From contig CAWDQV010000001.1 in assembly GCA_963804565.1 (NCBI GenBank), forward strand, positions 1,045,365-1,109,364: a stretch of 64,000 bases of DNA. The letters are read 5' to 3'. The notes beneath the pieces were generated by a model, which saw nothing but the letters and a program-made list of their open reading frames with translations, searched no databases and was not told where the DNA came from. The translations under genes and the position numbers were made by a program. This stretch comes from Candidatus Dormiibacterota bacterium (lineage in GTDB: Bacteria; Chloroflexota; Dormibacteria; Aeolococcales; Bog-877). Shown piece after piece: positions 28,038 to 36,025 of this stretch (position 1 is the first letter of the stretch; every line of letters begins with the position of its first letter).

Positions 28038-29480
28038 TCAGCCTTCAAGCGCCAGCTTGTCCATCTCCAGCTGCTGGGGGACCTGCAGCGGATAGGCGCC
28101 ATCTAGGCAGGCGAAGCAGAAGCCCGAGCTGGTCGACCCGGCGCGCAGGGCCTGGCGCAGTCCCCCCAAGCTGAGGTACGCCAGAGAGTCGGCACCGATC
28201 AACTCGCGCACCTCCTCCAGGGTCCGCCCCGCGGCGATCAGCTCGCTGCGGCTGGCGATGTCGATGCCCATGAAGCACGGAAAACGGATAGGCGGCGAGG
28301 CGACCCGCATATGCACCTCCAGGGCGCCTGCGCGCCGCAGAGCATCCACGATCTGCCTGGAGGTCGAGCCCCGAACGATGGAGTCGTCTACCAGGATCAC
28401 CCGCTTCCCTTCCAACACGTGGCGCATGGGGTTGAACTTCAAGCGAACGCCGATGTCGCGCATTCCCTGCTCGGGCTGTAGGAAGGTGCGGTTGATGTAG
28501 CGCGACTTCATCATCCCCTCGGCGAAGGGAACTCGGCTCTCCTCCGCATAGCCGATCGCAGCCGGTGTCCCCGAATCAGGGAGGGGAATCACGATGTCAG
28601 CGTCAACTGGCGCCTCCTGGGCAAGCCTCACGCCCATCGCCCGGCGCGCCTCGTAGAGGCTGCGATCCTGAAGCACCGAATCCGGGCGGGCGAAGTAGAT
28701 GAACTCGAAGGAACACATTGCCGGCTGTCGGCGGACCCCGAAGCTGGCGCTCCGCATCCCGTCGGAGTCGATCGTGACGATCTCGCCCGGTCGCACCTCA
28801 CGAACGAGCTTGGCGCCCACCACGTCGAGGGCGCAGGTCTCGCTCGCAATGATGTAACCGTCGCCGCCGGGGGCATCCATCGGCCCGAGACGTCCGATAC
28901 AGAGCGGTCGGATGCCCAGCTCATCCCGGGCCGCAACCAGGCTGTCGCGGGTGATGAATCCGAGCGAGTAGGCACCCTGAGCTCGTGGCAGCGCCCGCTG
29001 GAGTACCACCTCCAGCCGCTCGCCGGGGGTCCGGGAGAGCAGGGTCGCCAACACCTCGCTGTCGCTGGAGGTCTCGAATTCCTGACCCTCCTCGACCAGC
29101 CGGGCATGGAGCGCCTGGGTGTTGGTCAGGTTCCCGTTGTGAGCCAGCGCCACCGGTCCCAGCTGTCCGTGCTCGAAGGTGAATGGCTGGGCATTGCTGA
29201 GCCGAGAGGATCCGGTGGTGGAATACCTGGTGTGCCCGATCCCGACCGGACCGCGGAGCTGGGCCAGAATCTCGGCTGAGAAGACCTGCCCGACCAGCCC
29301 CATCTCCCGATGAAGGTGGAGCTGCTCCCCGTCTGAGGTGCATATCCCCGCGGACTCCTGGCCCCGGTGCTGCAGGGCATAGAGGCCCAGGTAGCAGAGG
29401 TTGGCCACGTCCCTACCTGGCCCGAATACGCCGAAGATGCCGCAAGCCTCGTGAAGCTTGTCGGGCTCGCTCGCGTCCAC
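28038..29480 (-). CDS. purF: amidophosphoribosyltransferase PurF
   Basis: N-terminal nucleophile CGIFGV preceded by a short propeptide if the GTG at 29480 is used (MDASEPDKLHEA|CGIFG). PRTase motif VVLVDDSIVRGST. The listed ORF extends to 29576. Confidence 0.9.
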   Translation of the reverse strand: MDASEPDKLHEACGIFGVFGPGRDVANLCYLGLYALQHRGQESAGICTSDGEQLHLHREMGLVGQVFSAEILAQLRGPVGIGHTRYSTTGSSRLSNAQPFTFEHGQLGPVALAHNGNLTNTQALHARLVEEGQEFETSSDSEVLATLLSRTPGERLEVVLQRALPRAQGAYSLGFITRDSLVAARDELGIRPLCIGRLGPMDAPGGDGYIIASETCALDVVGAKLVREVRPGEIVTIDSDGMRSASFGVRRQPAMCSFEFIYFARPDSVLQDRSLYEARRAMGVRLAQEAPVDADIVIPLPDSGTPAAIGYAEESRVPFAEGMMKSRYINRTFLQPEQGMRDIGVRLKFNPMRHVLEGKRVILVDDSIVRGSTSRQIVDALRRAGALEVHMRVASPPIRFPCFMGIDIASRSELIAAGRTLEEVRELIGADSLAYLSLGGLRQALRAGSTSSGFCFACLDGAYPLQVPQQLEMDKLALEG

Positions 29481-29610
29481 GGCGGCCGCGACGGGGAGCT
29501 GGGCAGAGGGTCCTGCCTGCGCTGTCACCACTACAAGAATACCCGGAATCCGGTGGTGGCCCTCGGGCGCGCACACCCTCGAGTTGCCATCGGGAACCAG
29601 CGCGCCGCCT

Positions 29611-31878
29611 TCACTCCAGATAGTTGGTGATGGCGCGCGACCAGGCCGCCCTGGCGCTGGACTGGGCGATCTCGGCGATGCCGTCGACTGCGATCACCGC
29701 ACCGCCAACCGAGCCCAGGGTGACGAACGGCACTTGGTGTTCCGCGAAGAGCGCGTCAGCGGTTGGGACATCTGCTGCCCGGAGGCTCACCAGATATCTG
29801 CCCTGCGACTCCCCGAAGAGCAGTCCAAAGCGCCAGCTGGGTGGGTTGTCGGTGGGCGGATCGAGCGGCGCCTTGATGCGCGCCCCAAATCCCCCTACGA
29901 TCGCCGACTCCGCAAGCGCCATCGCCAAGCCGCCCAGGGAACAGTCATGGGCCGACTGCAGCAATCCCTCCGCGATCGCCCTGCGAATCGCTCGTGCCGA
30001 GCTGGACTCCTGCTCAAGATTCAGTTCCGGCGCGGCACCCTCCAGAACGCCGTGGGCGATGCGCTGGTACTCGGACCCACCCAGCTCCACCCCGGTCGGA
30101 CCTGCCCCGGGTGGACCGACCAGGGCAACCACGTCGCCCTCCTCGGCGAATCCTGAGCCGAGTCGGCGGCGCAGGTCGGGCAGGATTCCGACCATCCCGA
30201 TCGTCGGGGTCGGGGGGATGCCGTCGCCCTCGAACTGGTTGTACAGGCTGACGTTCCCGCTGACGACGGGGATGCTCAGCGTGCGCGCCGCCTCGGCCAG
30301 CCCCTCGACCGCTCGCTCCAGTTGCCACATGATCTCGGGCCGGTCCGGGTCGCCGAAGTTGAGACAGTTGGTGATTCCCAGCGGCTCAGCGCCGACACAA
30401 GCCAGGTTGCGCATACCTTCGGCGACCGCGATGGCGGTTCCCCGGTGGGGATCGAGCGCAGCCGAACGGTGTGCGCTGTCGACGGTCAGGGCGAGCGCGT
30501 CGCCACGGCCCCGCAGCCTCAGTAGCGCGGAGTCACCTCCCGGCCCGAACACCGTGTCGTCGCCCACCTGGTGGTCGTACTGGCGCCAGATCCATCGGGC
30601 GTCGCCGCAGTTGGGCGAGGCCAGTAGCCGGAGCCACGCCTCCTCCGGGGGCCACGGAGGGGTTCGCATCAGCGGATCGGCGGAGAGCTGGACCGAGAGA
30701 TCTGGAGCCACCGACGGAGGGTGACGCTCCGGGAAGCCTGAGATCAGCACGTCGAGCGGCAGCGAGGCTATCTCGGTGCCTGTCTCGGTGATCCGGAAGA
30801 CGGGCTCCTCGATGACCCGGCCGACTACGTCGCTGTGCAGACCCCAGCGGCTGAAGGTCTCCCGGAAACGAGCCTCGCTGCCGCGCCTGACCACCAGCAC
30901 CATCCGCTCCTGAGACTCGCTCAGCATGACTTCGTAGGGAGTCATGCCCCGCTCGCGGCGACTCACCCTGTCGACGTCGATCTCAAGCCCAACCCCGCCT
31001 CGGTGAGCCATCTCGGCGCAGCTGCTGGTCAATCCTGCCGCTCCACAGTCCTGGAGGCCGATCAGGTCGGGATCCCCGACGAGCTCCATGCACGCCTCTA
31101 GCAGACACTTCTCCATGAACGGATTGCCGACCTGTACCGCAGGTCTCCGCTCCCCGGCTCCCTGGTCGAGCTGGACCGAGGCGAAGGTCGCCCCGTGGAT
31201 TCCGTCCCGGCCCGTGTCCGCACCCACCAGGAGCAGCGGGTTCCCAGGGCCGCTGGCGCGGGCTCGTACCAGCTGATCCCGGCGAGCCAGCCCGACGCAC
31301 ATGGCGTTGACCAGGCAGTTGTGCTGGTAGGCGGGGTCGAAGTAGGTCTCACCCCCGACGGTGGGCACGCCAATGCAGTTTCCATACCAGCCGATCCCTT
31401 CCACCACTCGGGCGAATCGCTGGCGCTGCCGCGGATCCTCCAGATCCCCAAATCGGATCCCGTCGAGAAGCGCCACCGGCCGCGCCCCCATGGCGAATAT
31501 GTCGCGCAGGATCCCACCCACCCCTGTGGCGGCGCCCTGAACCGGCTCGACCGCGCTGGGATGGTTGTGCGATTCGATCTTGAAGCAACAGAGGAGGTCC
31601 TCTCCCAGATCGATTACCCCGGCGTTCTCGCCCGGACCCTGAACCACCCGGGCGCCCGAAGTCGGCAATTGGCGCAAGAGCGGTTTGGAGGTCTTGTAGC
31701 TGCAATGCTCGGACCACAACGCCCCCAGCATCCCCAGCTCCAGGCGATTGGGCTCACGGCCTAACTGCTCGGTCGCCGACCGGTATTCCAGCTCAGTGAG
31801 CGCCAGCTCCCGAAGTGCGGCGGTGGACGGTCCGGAGGTTGCGGAAGCCTGCCTCAACCGGGCACCGGAGCCAGGCAT
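29611..31878 (-). CDS. purL: phosphoribosylformylglycinamidine synthase subunit PurL
   Basis: 755 aa, with LWSEHCSYK near the N-terminus and two AIRS-like domains. The start may be slightly downstream of 31878, which overlaps the purQ 3' end. Confidence 0.9.
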   Translation of the reverse strand: MPGSGARLRQASATSGPSTAALRELALTELEYRSATEQLGREPNRLELGMLGALWSEHCSYKTSKPLLRQLPTSGARVVQGPGENAGVIDLGEDLLCCFKIESHNHPSAVEPVQGAATGVGGILRDIFAMGARPVALLDGIRFGDLEDPRQRQRFARVVEGIGWYGNCIGVPTVGGETYFDPAYQHNCLVNAMCVGLARRDQLVRARASGPGNPLLLVGADTGRDGIHGATFASVQLDQGAGERRPAVQVGNPFMEKCLLEACMELVGDPDLIGLQDCGAAGLTSSCAEMAHRGGVGLEIDVDRVSRRERGMTPYEVMLSESQERMVLVVRRGSEARFRETFSRWGLHSDVVGRVIEEPVFRITETGTEIASLPLDVLISGFPERHPPSVAPDLSVQLSADPLMRTPPWPPEEAWLRLLASPNCGDARWIWRQYDHQVGDDTVFGPGGDSALLRLRGRGDALALTVDSAHRSAALDPHRGTAIAVAEGMRNLACVGAEPLGITNCLNFGDPDRPEIMWQLERAVEGLAEAARTLSIPVVSGNVSLYNQFEGDGIPPTPTIGMVGILPDLRRRLGSGFAEEGDVVALVGPPGAGPTGVELGGSEYQRIAHGVLEGAAPELNLEQESSSARAIRRAIAEGLLQSAHDCSLGGLAMALAESAIVGGFGARIKAPLDPPTDNPPSWRFGLLFGESQGRYLVSLRAADVPTADALFAEHQVPFVTLGSVGGAVIAVDGIAEIAQSSARAAWSRAITNYLE

Positions 31879-32558
31879 TCGATCACCGAGGCGAGGATCT
31901 TCATCCCGTCGTCAGACCCCAGCAGCTGCTCACAGGCACGCTCGGGGTGGGGCATCATCCCGAGCACGTTGCCCTCCCGGTTCAGCACCCCTGCGATGCT
32001 CTCGAGCGATCCGTTGGGGTTGGCGGCCTCGTCGAGTTCCCCACGTTGGTCGCAGTAGCGAAGGGCCACCCTTCCTTCCCCATTCAGCCGAGCCAGGGTC
32101 TCCGGATCGGCGAAGAATCGCCCCTCGCCGTGGGAGATCGGCACCTTCAGAAGTTGACCAGTACGACATCCAGAGAGAAAAGGCGTCGCGATCGTCTCCA
32201 CTCGCAGCCAGGTGGGCTGGCAGCGGAACTGGAGACTGGTGTTCCTGAGCAGCGCGCCGGGGAGCATCCCCGCTTCGCACAGGACCTGAAACCCGTTGCA
32301 GATACCGATCACCAAGCCACCTCGCAATGCGTGCTCTCGGATCGCGTCCATGAGGGGAGCGAACCTGGCGATCGCGCCAGCTCGCAGGTAGTCGCCGTAT
32401 GCGAACCCGCCGGGCAAGACGATCACGTCACAGCCCTTCAGATCACTGTCGGCGTGCCAGAGCGGCACCGACTCGGCACCGGCCAGCTGCACCGCGTGGG
32501 CGCAGTCCCGGTCGCTCCAAGTGCCGGGGAACACCGCGATCCCGAAGCGGACGCTCAA
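31854..32558 (-). CDS. purQ: phosphoribosylformylglycinamidine synthase subunit PurQ (glutaminase)
   Basis: Class-I amidotransferase GICNGFQ motif. A TTG start at 32558 gives [12 protein letters not shown] and overlaps the purS stop (TTGA). Confidence 0.85.
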   Translation of the reverse strand: MSVRFGIAVFPGTWSDRDCAHAVQLAGAESVPLWHADSDLKGCDVIVLPGGFAYGDYLRAGAIARFAPLMDAIREHALRGGLVIGICNGFQVLCEAGMLPGALLRNTSLQFRCQPTWLRVETIATPFLSGCRTGQLLKVPISHGEGRFFADPETLARLNGEGRVALRYCDQRGELDEAANPNGSLESIAGVLNREGNVLGMMPHPERACEQLLGSDDGMKILASVIECLAPVPG

Positions 32559-32794
32559 GCTCCAGGGACCTGGCGCAACTCGAAGCGGTAGTCCTCGATC
32601 ACCCCGTTGCAGAGCAACCGGCGGCACATCTGATCCACCCGCTCACGAGCCGGCTCCAAGCCCTCTTCAGCCAGCTCGAGACTGATGAACTTGCCCACTC
32701 GGGCGCCCTCAACTTCGGGGTATCCGAGCGCGTGCAGAGCATTTCTCACCACCAGCCCCTGCGGGTCGTTGACCACCTCCTTGAGGCTGACCAC
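32555..32794 (-). CDS. purS: phosphoribosylformylglycinamidine synthase subunit PurS (start uncertain)
   Basis: Core FVAEVVVSLKEVVNDPQGLVVRNALHALGY...VIEDYRFEL. No canonical start lies between the purC stop and the core except a GTG at 32794 with GAGG 3 nt upstream. The only ATG (32908) lies 105 nt inside purC, and the intervening codons are atypical (TTA, TCT). Confidence 0.7.
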   Translation of the reverse strand: MVSLKEVVNDPQGLVVRNALHALGYPEVEGARVGKFISLELAEEGLEPARERVDQMCRRLLCNGVIEDYRFELRQVPGA

Positions 32795-32802
32795 AACCTC
32801 GG

Positions 32803-33696
32803 CTACAAATCGCTGCCGGTTATCCGTCTCATGGCCTCCAGATAACGACGGCGGGTCTCGCGAACCAGTTCCTCCGGAAGCGGCGGCGCGGGGGGATTTC
32901 GATCCCACCCGGTAGAGAGGAGGTAGTCGCGAACCAGTTGCTTGTCGAACCCCTGCGGAGCCTCGCCAGGATCCTGGTCGAGCTCCCAGAGTCTGGACGA
33001 GTCGGGAGTGAGCAGCTCGTCGATCAGGGTGAGCGTTCCGTCGATGAACCCGAACTCGAACTTGGTGTCAACGAGGATGAATCCGGACTCCCGGCAGTGG
33101 ACCTCCGCCAACCTGAAGATGCGAAGGCTGACCTCCTCCAGGCGCCGAGCCAGCTCGCTCCCAACCAATTGCGCGAGCTGGCCCCGACTGATGTTCTCGT
33201 CATGCCCGTGGTCGTTCTTGGTGGCCGGGGTGAACCGCAGCTCTGGCAATTCGGAGCCGAATCCAAGCCCAGTCGGAACCGGCTCCGAGGCCAGCTTCCC
33301 CGTCTCCTGATACTCTCTCCAGCCGCTTCCGGCTAACCTGCCACGGACCACACACTCAACATCGATCCGCTCTGCCTTGGCGACGAACATCACCCTGCCC
33401 CGAAGCCGTTCGATGGCCCCCTCGGGGAGCACTGCCTCGTCATCTGGGCGGAGATGGTTGGCGACCAGGTCAGCGGTCTTGCCGAACCAGTAGCGGGACA
33501 TGCCGGTCAGCACCCGGCCGCGGTCGGGTATGAGAGTCGGCAGCACGCTGTCGAATGCTGAGATGCGGTCGGTGGAGACCATCAGAAGCCGATCGCCAAG
33601 GTCAAAGGTATCTCTCACCTTCCCCCGGCGAAAGAGTGGGATCTCCGGCAGATCCACCTCTCCCAGAGCATGCGCTCCGATCGGGACATCAGGCAT
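32803..33696 (-). CDS. purC: SAICAR synthetase PurC
   Basis: RGKVRDTFDLGDRLLMVSTDRISAFD and the rest are typical of PurC. Confidence 0.9.
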   Translation of the reverse strand: MPDVPIGAHALGEVDLPEIPLFRRGKVRDTFDLGDRLLMVSTDRISAFDSVLPTLIPDRGRVLTGMSRYWFGKTADLVANHLRPDDEAVLPEGAIERLRGRVMFVAKAERIDVECVVRGRLAGSGWREYQETGKLASEPVPTGLGFGSELPELRFTPATKNDHGHDENISRGQLAQLVGSELARRLEEVSLRIFRLAEVHCRESGFILVDTKFEFGFIDGTLTLIDELLTPDSSRLWELDQDPGEAPQGFDKQLVRDYLLSTGWDRNPPAPPLPEELVRETRRRYLEAMRRITGSDL

Positions 33697-35026
33697 CCGC
33701 CAGCGCTCCCTGCGCTTCCCTTATGGGCGTTTCCAGAAGCCCCAGTCGGCGGAAACTCTCATCGATCTGAGCCAGGTAGGTCTGAAGGTCAAAACAGGCG
33801 GCCAGCTGCTCACGACTGAGCAACGCCGCAACATCGGGGCTCGCCTCCGCTGCGGCTCGGAAGTCGCCGCTCACCTGGTCGGCCTTCATCGCCAGGGCCT
33901 GAACCAGCCGGTAGGCCGACTCCCTACTCTGGCCGGCCCCGATTAGAGCCAGCAACAGCTGCTGGCTCTGGGAGATCTGTCCGCGTCGGGCCAGGTTGGC
34001 CCGCATCGCGGCCTGGTCCACCTGCAACCCCTCCAACACCGTGGCCAGGGTGCGCAGGATGTGGGCGCTGACCATCGTCGCGTCCGGCAGCACCACCCGC
34101 TCCACCGAGGAGTGAGAGATGTCCCTCTCGTGCCAGAGCGCAACGTCCTCGAGCCCGGCGACGGCCCAGCCTCGGAGCAGTCGGCTGAGCCCGGAGACCT
34201 GTTCCAAGCGGACCGGGTTGCGCTTGTGGGGCATCGCCGACGAGCCCTTCTGATGTTCGCCGAACGGCTCCCGCACCTCGCCCACCTCGGTGCGTTGGAG
34301 GTGGCGAAGGGTAGTCGCCAGACGCTCGCAGACTGCGCCCAGCACCGCCAGGGAGCAGATGTAGGCGGCGTGGCGGTCCCGCGCGACTACCTGGGTGGTG
34401 ATCTGCGCCGGCTCCAGCCCCAGCTCCCGAAGCGCCAGGACCTCGACCTCGGGGCTAAGAGTCGCGTGAGTGCCGACGGTGCCGGAGAGCTTGCCCACCT
34501 CGAGCTCGCTGGCGGCCGCCCGGAAGCGTGCCCGTGATCGGCTCAGCTCGTCGAAGTGATTGGCCATCACGAAGCCAAAGGTGACCGGCTCGGCGTGCAT
34601 TCCATGGGTCCTTCCGGCCATGGGAACCAACCGATGCCGAAGAGCCAGCTCGGCTGCTCGATCGATGAGCCGGTCGAGGTCGACCAGGATGATCTGACTT
34701 GCCGCCCGAAGTTGGAGGGCCAGGGCGGTGTCGACGACGTCCTGGCTGGTCATGCCCCGATGAATCTCGGAGCCCTCGTCGCCGAGCTGTTCCTGGACCG
34801 CGCTGACGAATGCGGCCAGGTCATGCCCCTGCTCTGACTCGATCTCGGCAACCCGCTCCAGAGTTGGCGCTTGGGCGCGCCGAAGCGGCTGCATCCGCGC
34901 CTCTGGGATCTCTCCCAGGGTTGTCCGGGCCTCGCACACCGCGAGCTCGACCTGGAGCCACAGCCGTAGTCGGGTTTGGTCCGACCACAGCACCCGCAGC
35001 TCCTTGGGCGCGTAGCGGTCGATCAT
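33689..35026 (-). CDS. purB: adenylosuccinate lyase PurB
   Basis: 445 aa. MIDRYAPKELRVLWSD... and the fumarate-lyase signature region (SSAMPHKRNP). It overlaps purC by 8 nt. Confidence 0.9.
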   Translation of the reverse strand: MIDRYAPKELRVLWSDQTRLRLWLQVELAVCEARTTLGEIPEARMQPLRRAQAPTLERVAEIESEQGHDLAAFVSAVQEQLGDEGSEIHRGMTSQDVVDTALALQLRAASQIILVDLDRLIDRAAELALRHRLVPMAGRTHGMHAEPVTFGFVMANHFDELSRSRARFRAAASELEVGKLSGTVGTHATLSPEVEVLALRELGLEPAQITTQVVARDRHAAYICSLAVLGAVCERLATTLRHLQRTEVGEVREPFGEHQKGSSAMPHKRNPVRLEQVSGLSRLLRGWAVAGLEDVALWHERDISHSSVERVVLPDATMVSAHILRTLATVLEGLQVDQAAMRANLARRGQISQSQQLLLALIGAGQSRESAYRLVQALAMKADQVSGDFRAAAEASPDVAALLSREQLAACFDLQTYLAQIDESFRRLGLLETPIREAQGALADA

Positions 35027-35399
35027 GCCCGTCCGACCGGTAATGGTCGCTGCACCAGGCGGGCCTTAGCGCGCATTTCTACCGGGCAAGATGGTCTAAC
35101 TCTAACCCGCGCAGAAGCGGTCTTCAGGCGGCTTCGATTCCCCGTCAATTGAGTCGGCGGGCCGGATCGTGGTGGGGTGCTCCAAGTGCTGACACCCCCT
35201 GCTGGACCTTCACCTTGAGTCATCCCCCACAGGGGACTCACTGGCGGGCTGCTCCAGCCGACAAGGATCCGGCCATGGGGCCAATGACCATCAGCGAGTT
35301 CGCTCGGCGCTCGCAGGCGTGGTTACCTAAGTGAGCATGCTGGGACGTCCAGCGGACGGGTACCGTGCGTGTGTGGGATCCGAGCCGGCGCCGGACTTC

Positions 35400-35426
35400 G
35401 TAACCCGCCGGCGTGTCACAGCGTTT
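35400..35426 (+). promoter_or_regulatory. putative ECF-type promoter (GTAACC-N16-CGTTT) upstream of the sigma factor gene
   Basis: The motif resembles GGAAC-N16-CGTT autoregulated ECF promoters. It lies about 25 nt upstream of the TTG start. Coordinates are approximate. Confidence 0.35.
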
Positions 35427-35452
35427 GTGGTTGCGGCCCAGGGATTAAGAAG

Positions 35453-36025
35453 TTGAGAATCCCCCCGGATCGCGAGGAGAGGCTGATCGCTCGGGCCCAG
35501 GCCGATCCTGAAAGCTTTGGCGAACTCTATGACCACTATTTCCCACCGATTTACCGGTATGTGGCGTCCCGAGTCCGCAGCGCGGAGCTGGCCGAGGACA
35601 TCACCAGCGAGGTGTTCTTCAAGGCGCTTCGGGCGATCGGGCGCTACCGACCGAGTGGTCATCCCTTCTCCGCTTGGCTTTACCAGATCGCCATCAACAC
35701 CATCACCGACCATTACCGGTCGCGCAAACGAGCTGAGGACAGCCTGGAGAGTGGTCCCGAGCTGGCCTCGTCCGCAGCCCCGGTGGACGACCAGGTTGCC
35801 GAGCTCGTCGGATTGGACCAGATCTGGCAAGCGATCGAGTCCCTACCCGAGCAGCAGCGCACGGCAATGACTCTCAAGTACGCGGAGGACCTTCCCCTCG
35901 CGGAGATCGGCAGGATCATGGGCAAGAGCGAAGGCGCGATCAAACTGCTGGTCTTCCGAGGGACCGCCACCGTGAGAGCAGCCCTACGTCCATTGAGCTT
36001 CGAGGCGGAGGAGCCCAGTGGATAG
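35453..36025 (+). CDS. ECF (sigma-70 family) RNA polymerase sigma factor
   Basis: Region 2 (FGELYDHYFPPIYRYVASRV...FSAWLYQIAINTITDHYR) and region 4 (LPEQQRTAMTLKYAEDLPLAEIGRIMGKSEGAIKLLVFRG). A TTG start at 35453 is preferred over the listed 35369 start. Its stop overlaps the downstream gene start. Confidence 0.85.
   Translation: MRIPPDREERLIARAQADPESFGELYDHYFPPIYRYVASRVRSAELAEDITSEVFFKALRAIGRYRPSGHPFSAWLYQIAINTITDHYRSRKRAEDSLESGPELASSAAPVDDQVAELVGLDQIWQAIESLPEQQRTAMTLKYAEDLPLAEIGRIMGKSEGAIKLLVFRGTATVRAALRPLSFEAEEPSG

Noticed and set aside
35085-35105. 13-nt string TTTCTACCGGGCA, which matches (from my recollection) the J2/3-P3 core of the guanine/purine riboswitch aptamer, in the intergenic region next to purB
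   Set aside because: It is on the plus strand, so it is antisense to the purB leader and sits upstream of the ECF sigma gene instead. I could not find the flanking elements of the aptamer (P1, P2/L2, a GUAAAU-type L3, J3/1) around it. I therefore treat it as a chance match rather than a riboswitch, though 13 nt is long for chance in 64 kb. A Rfam/Infernal scan would settle it.
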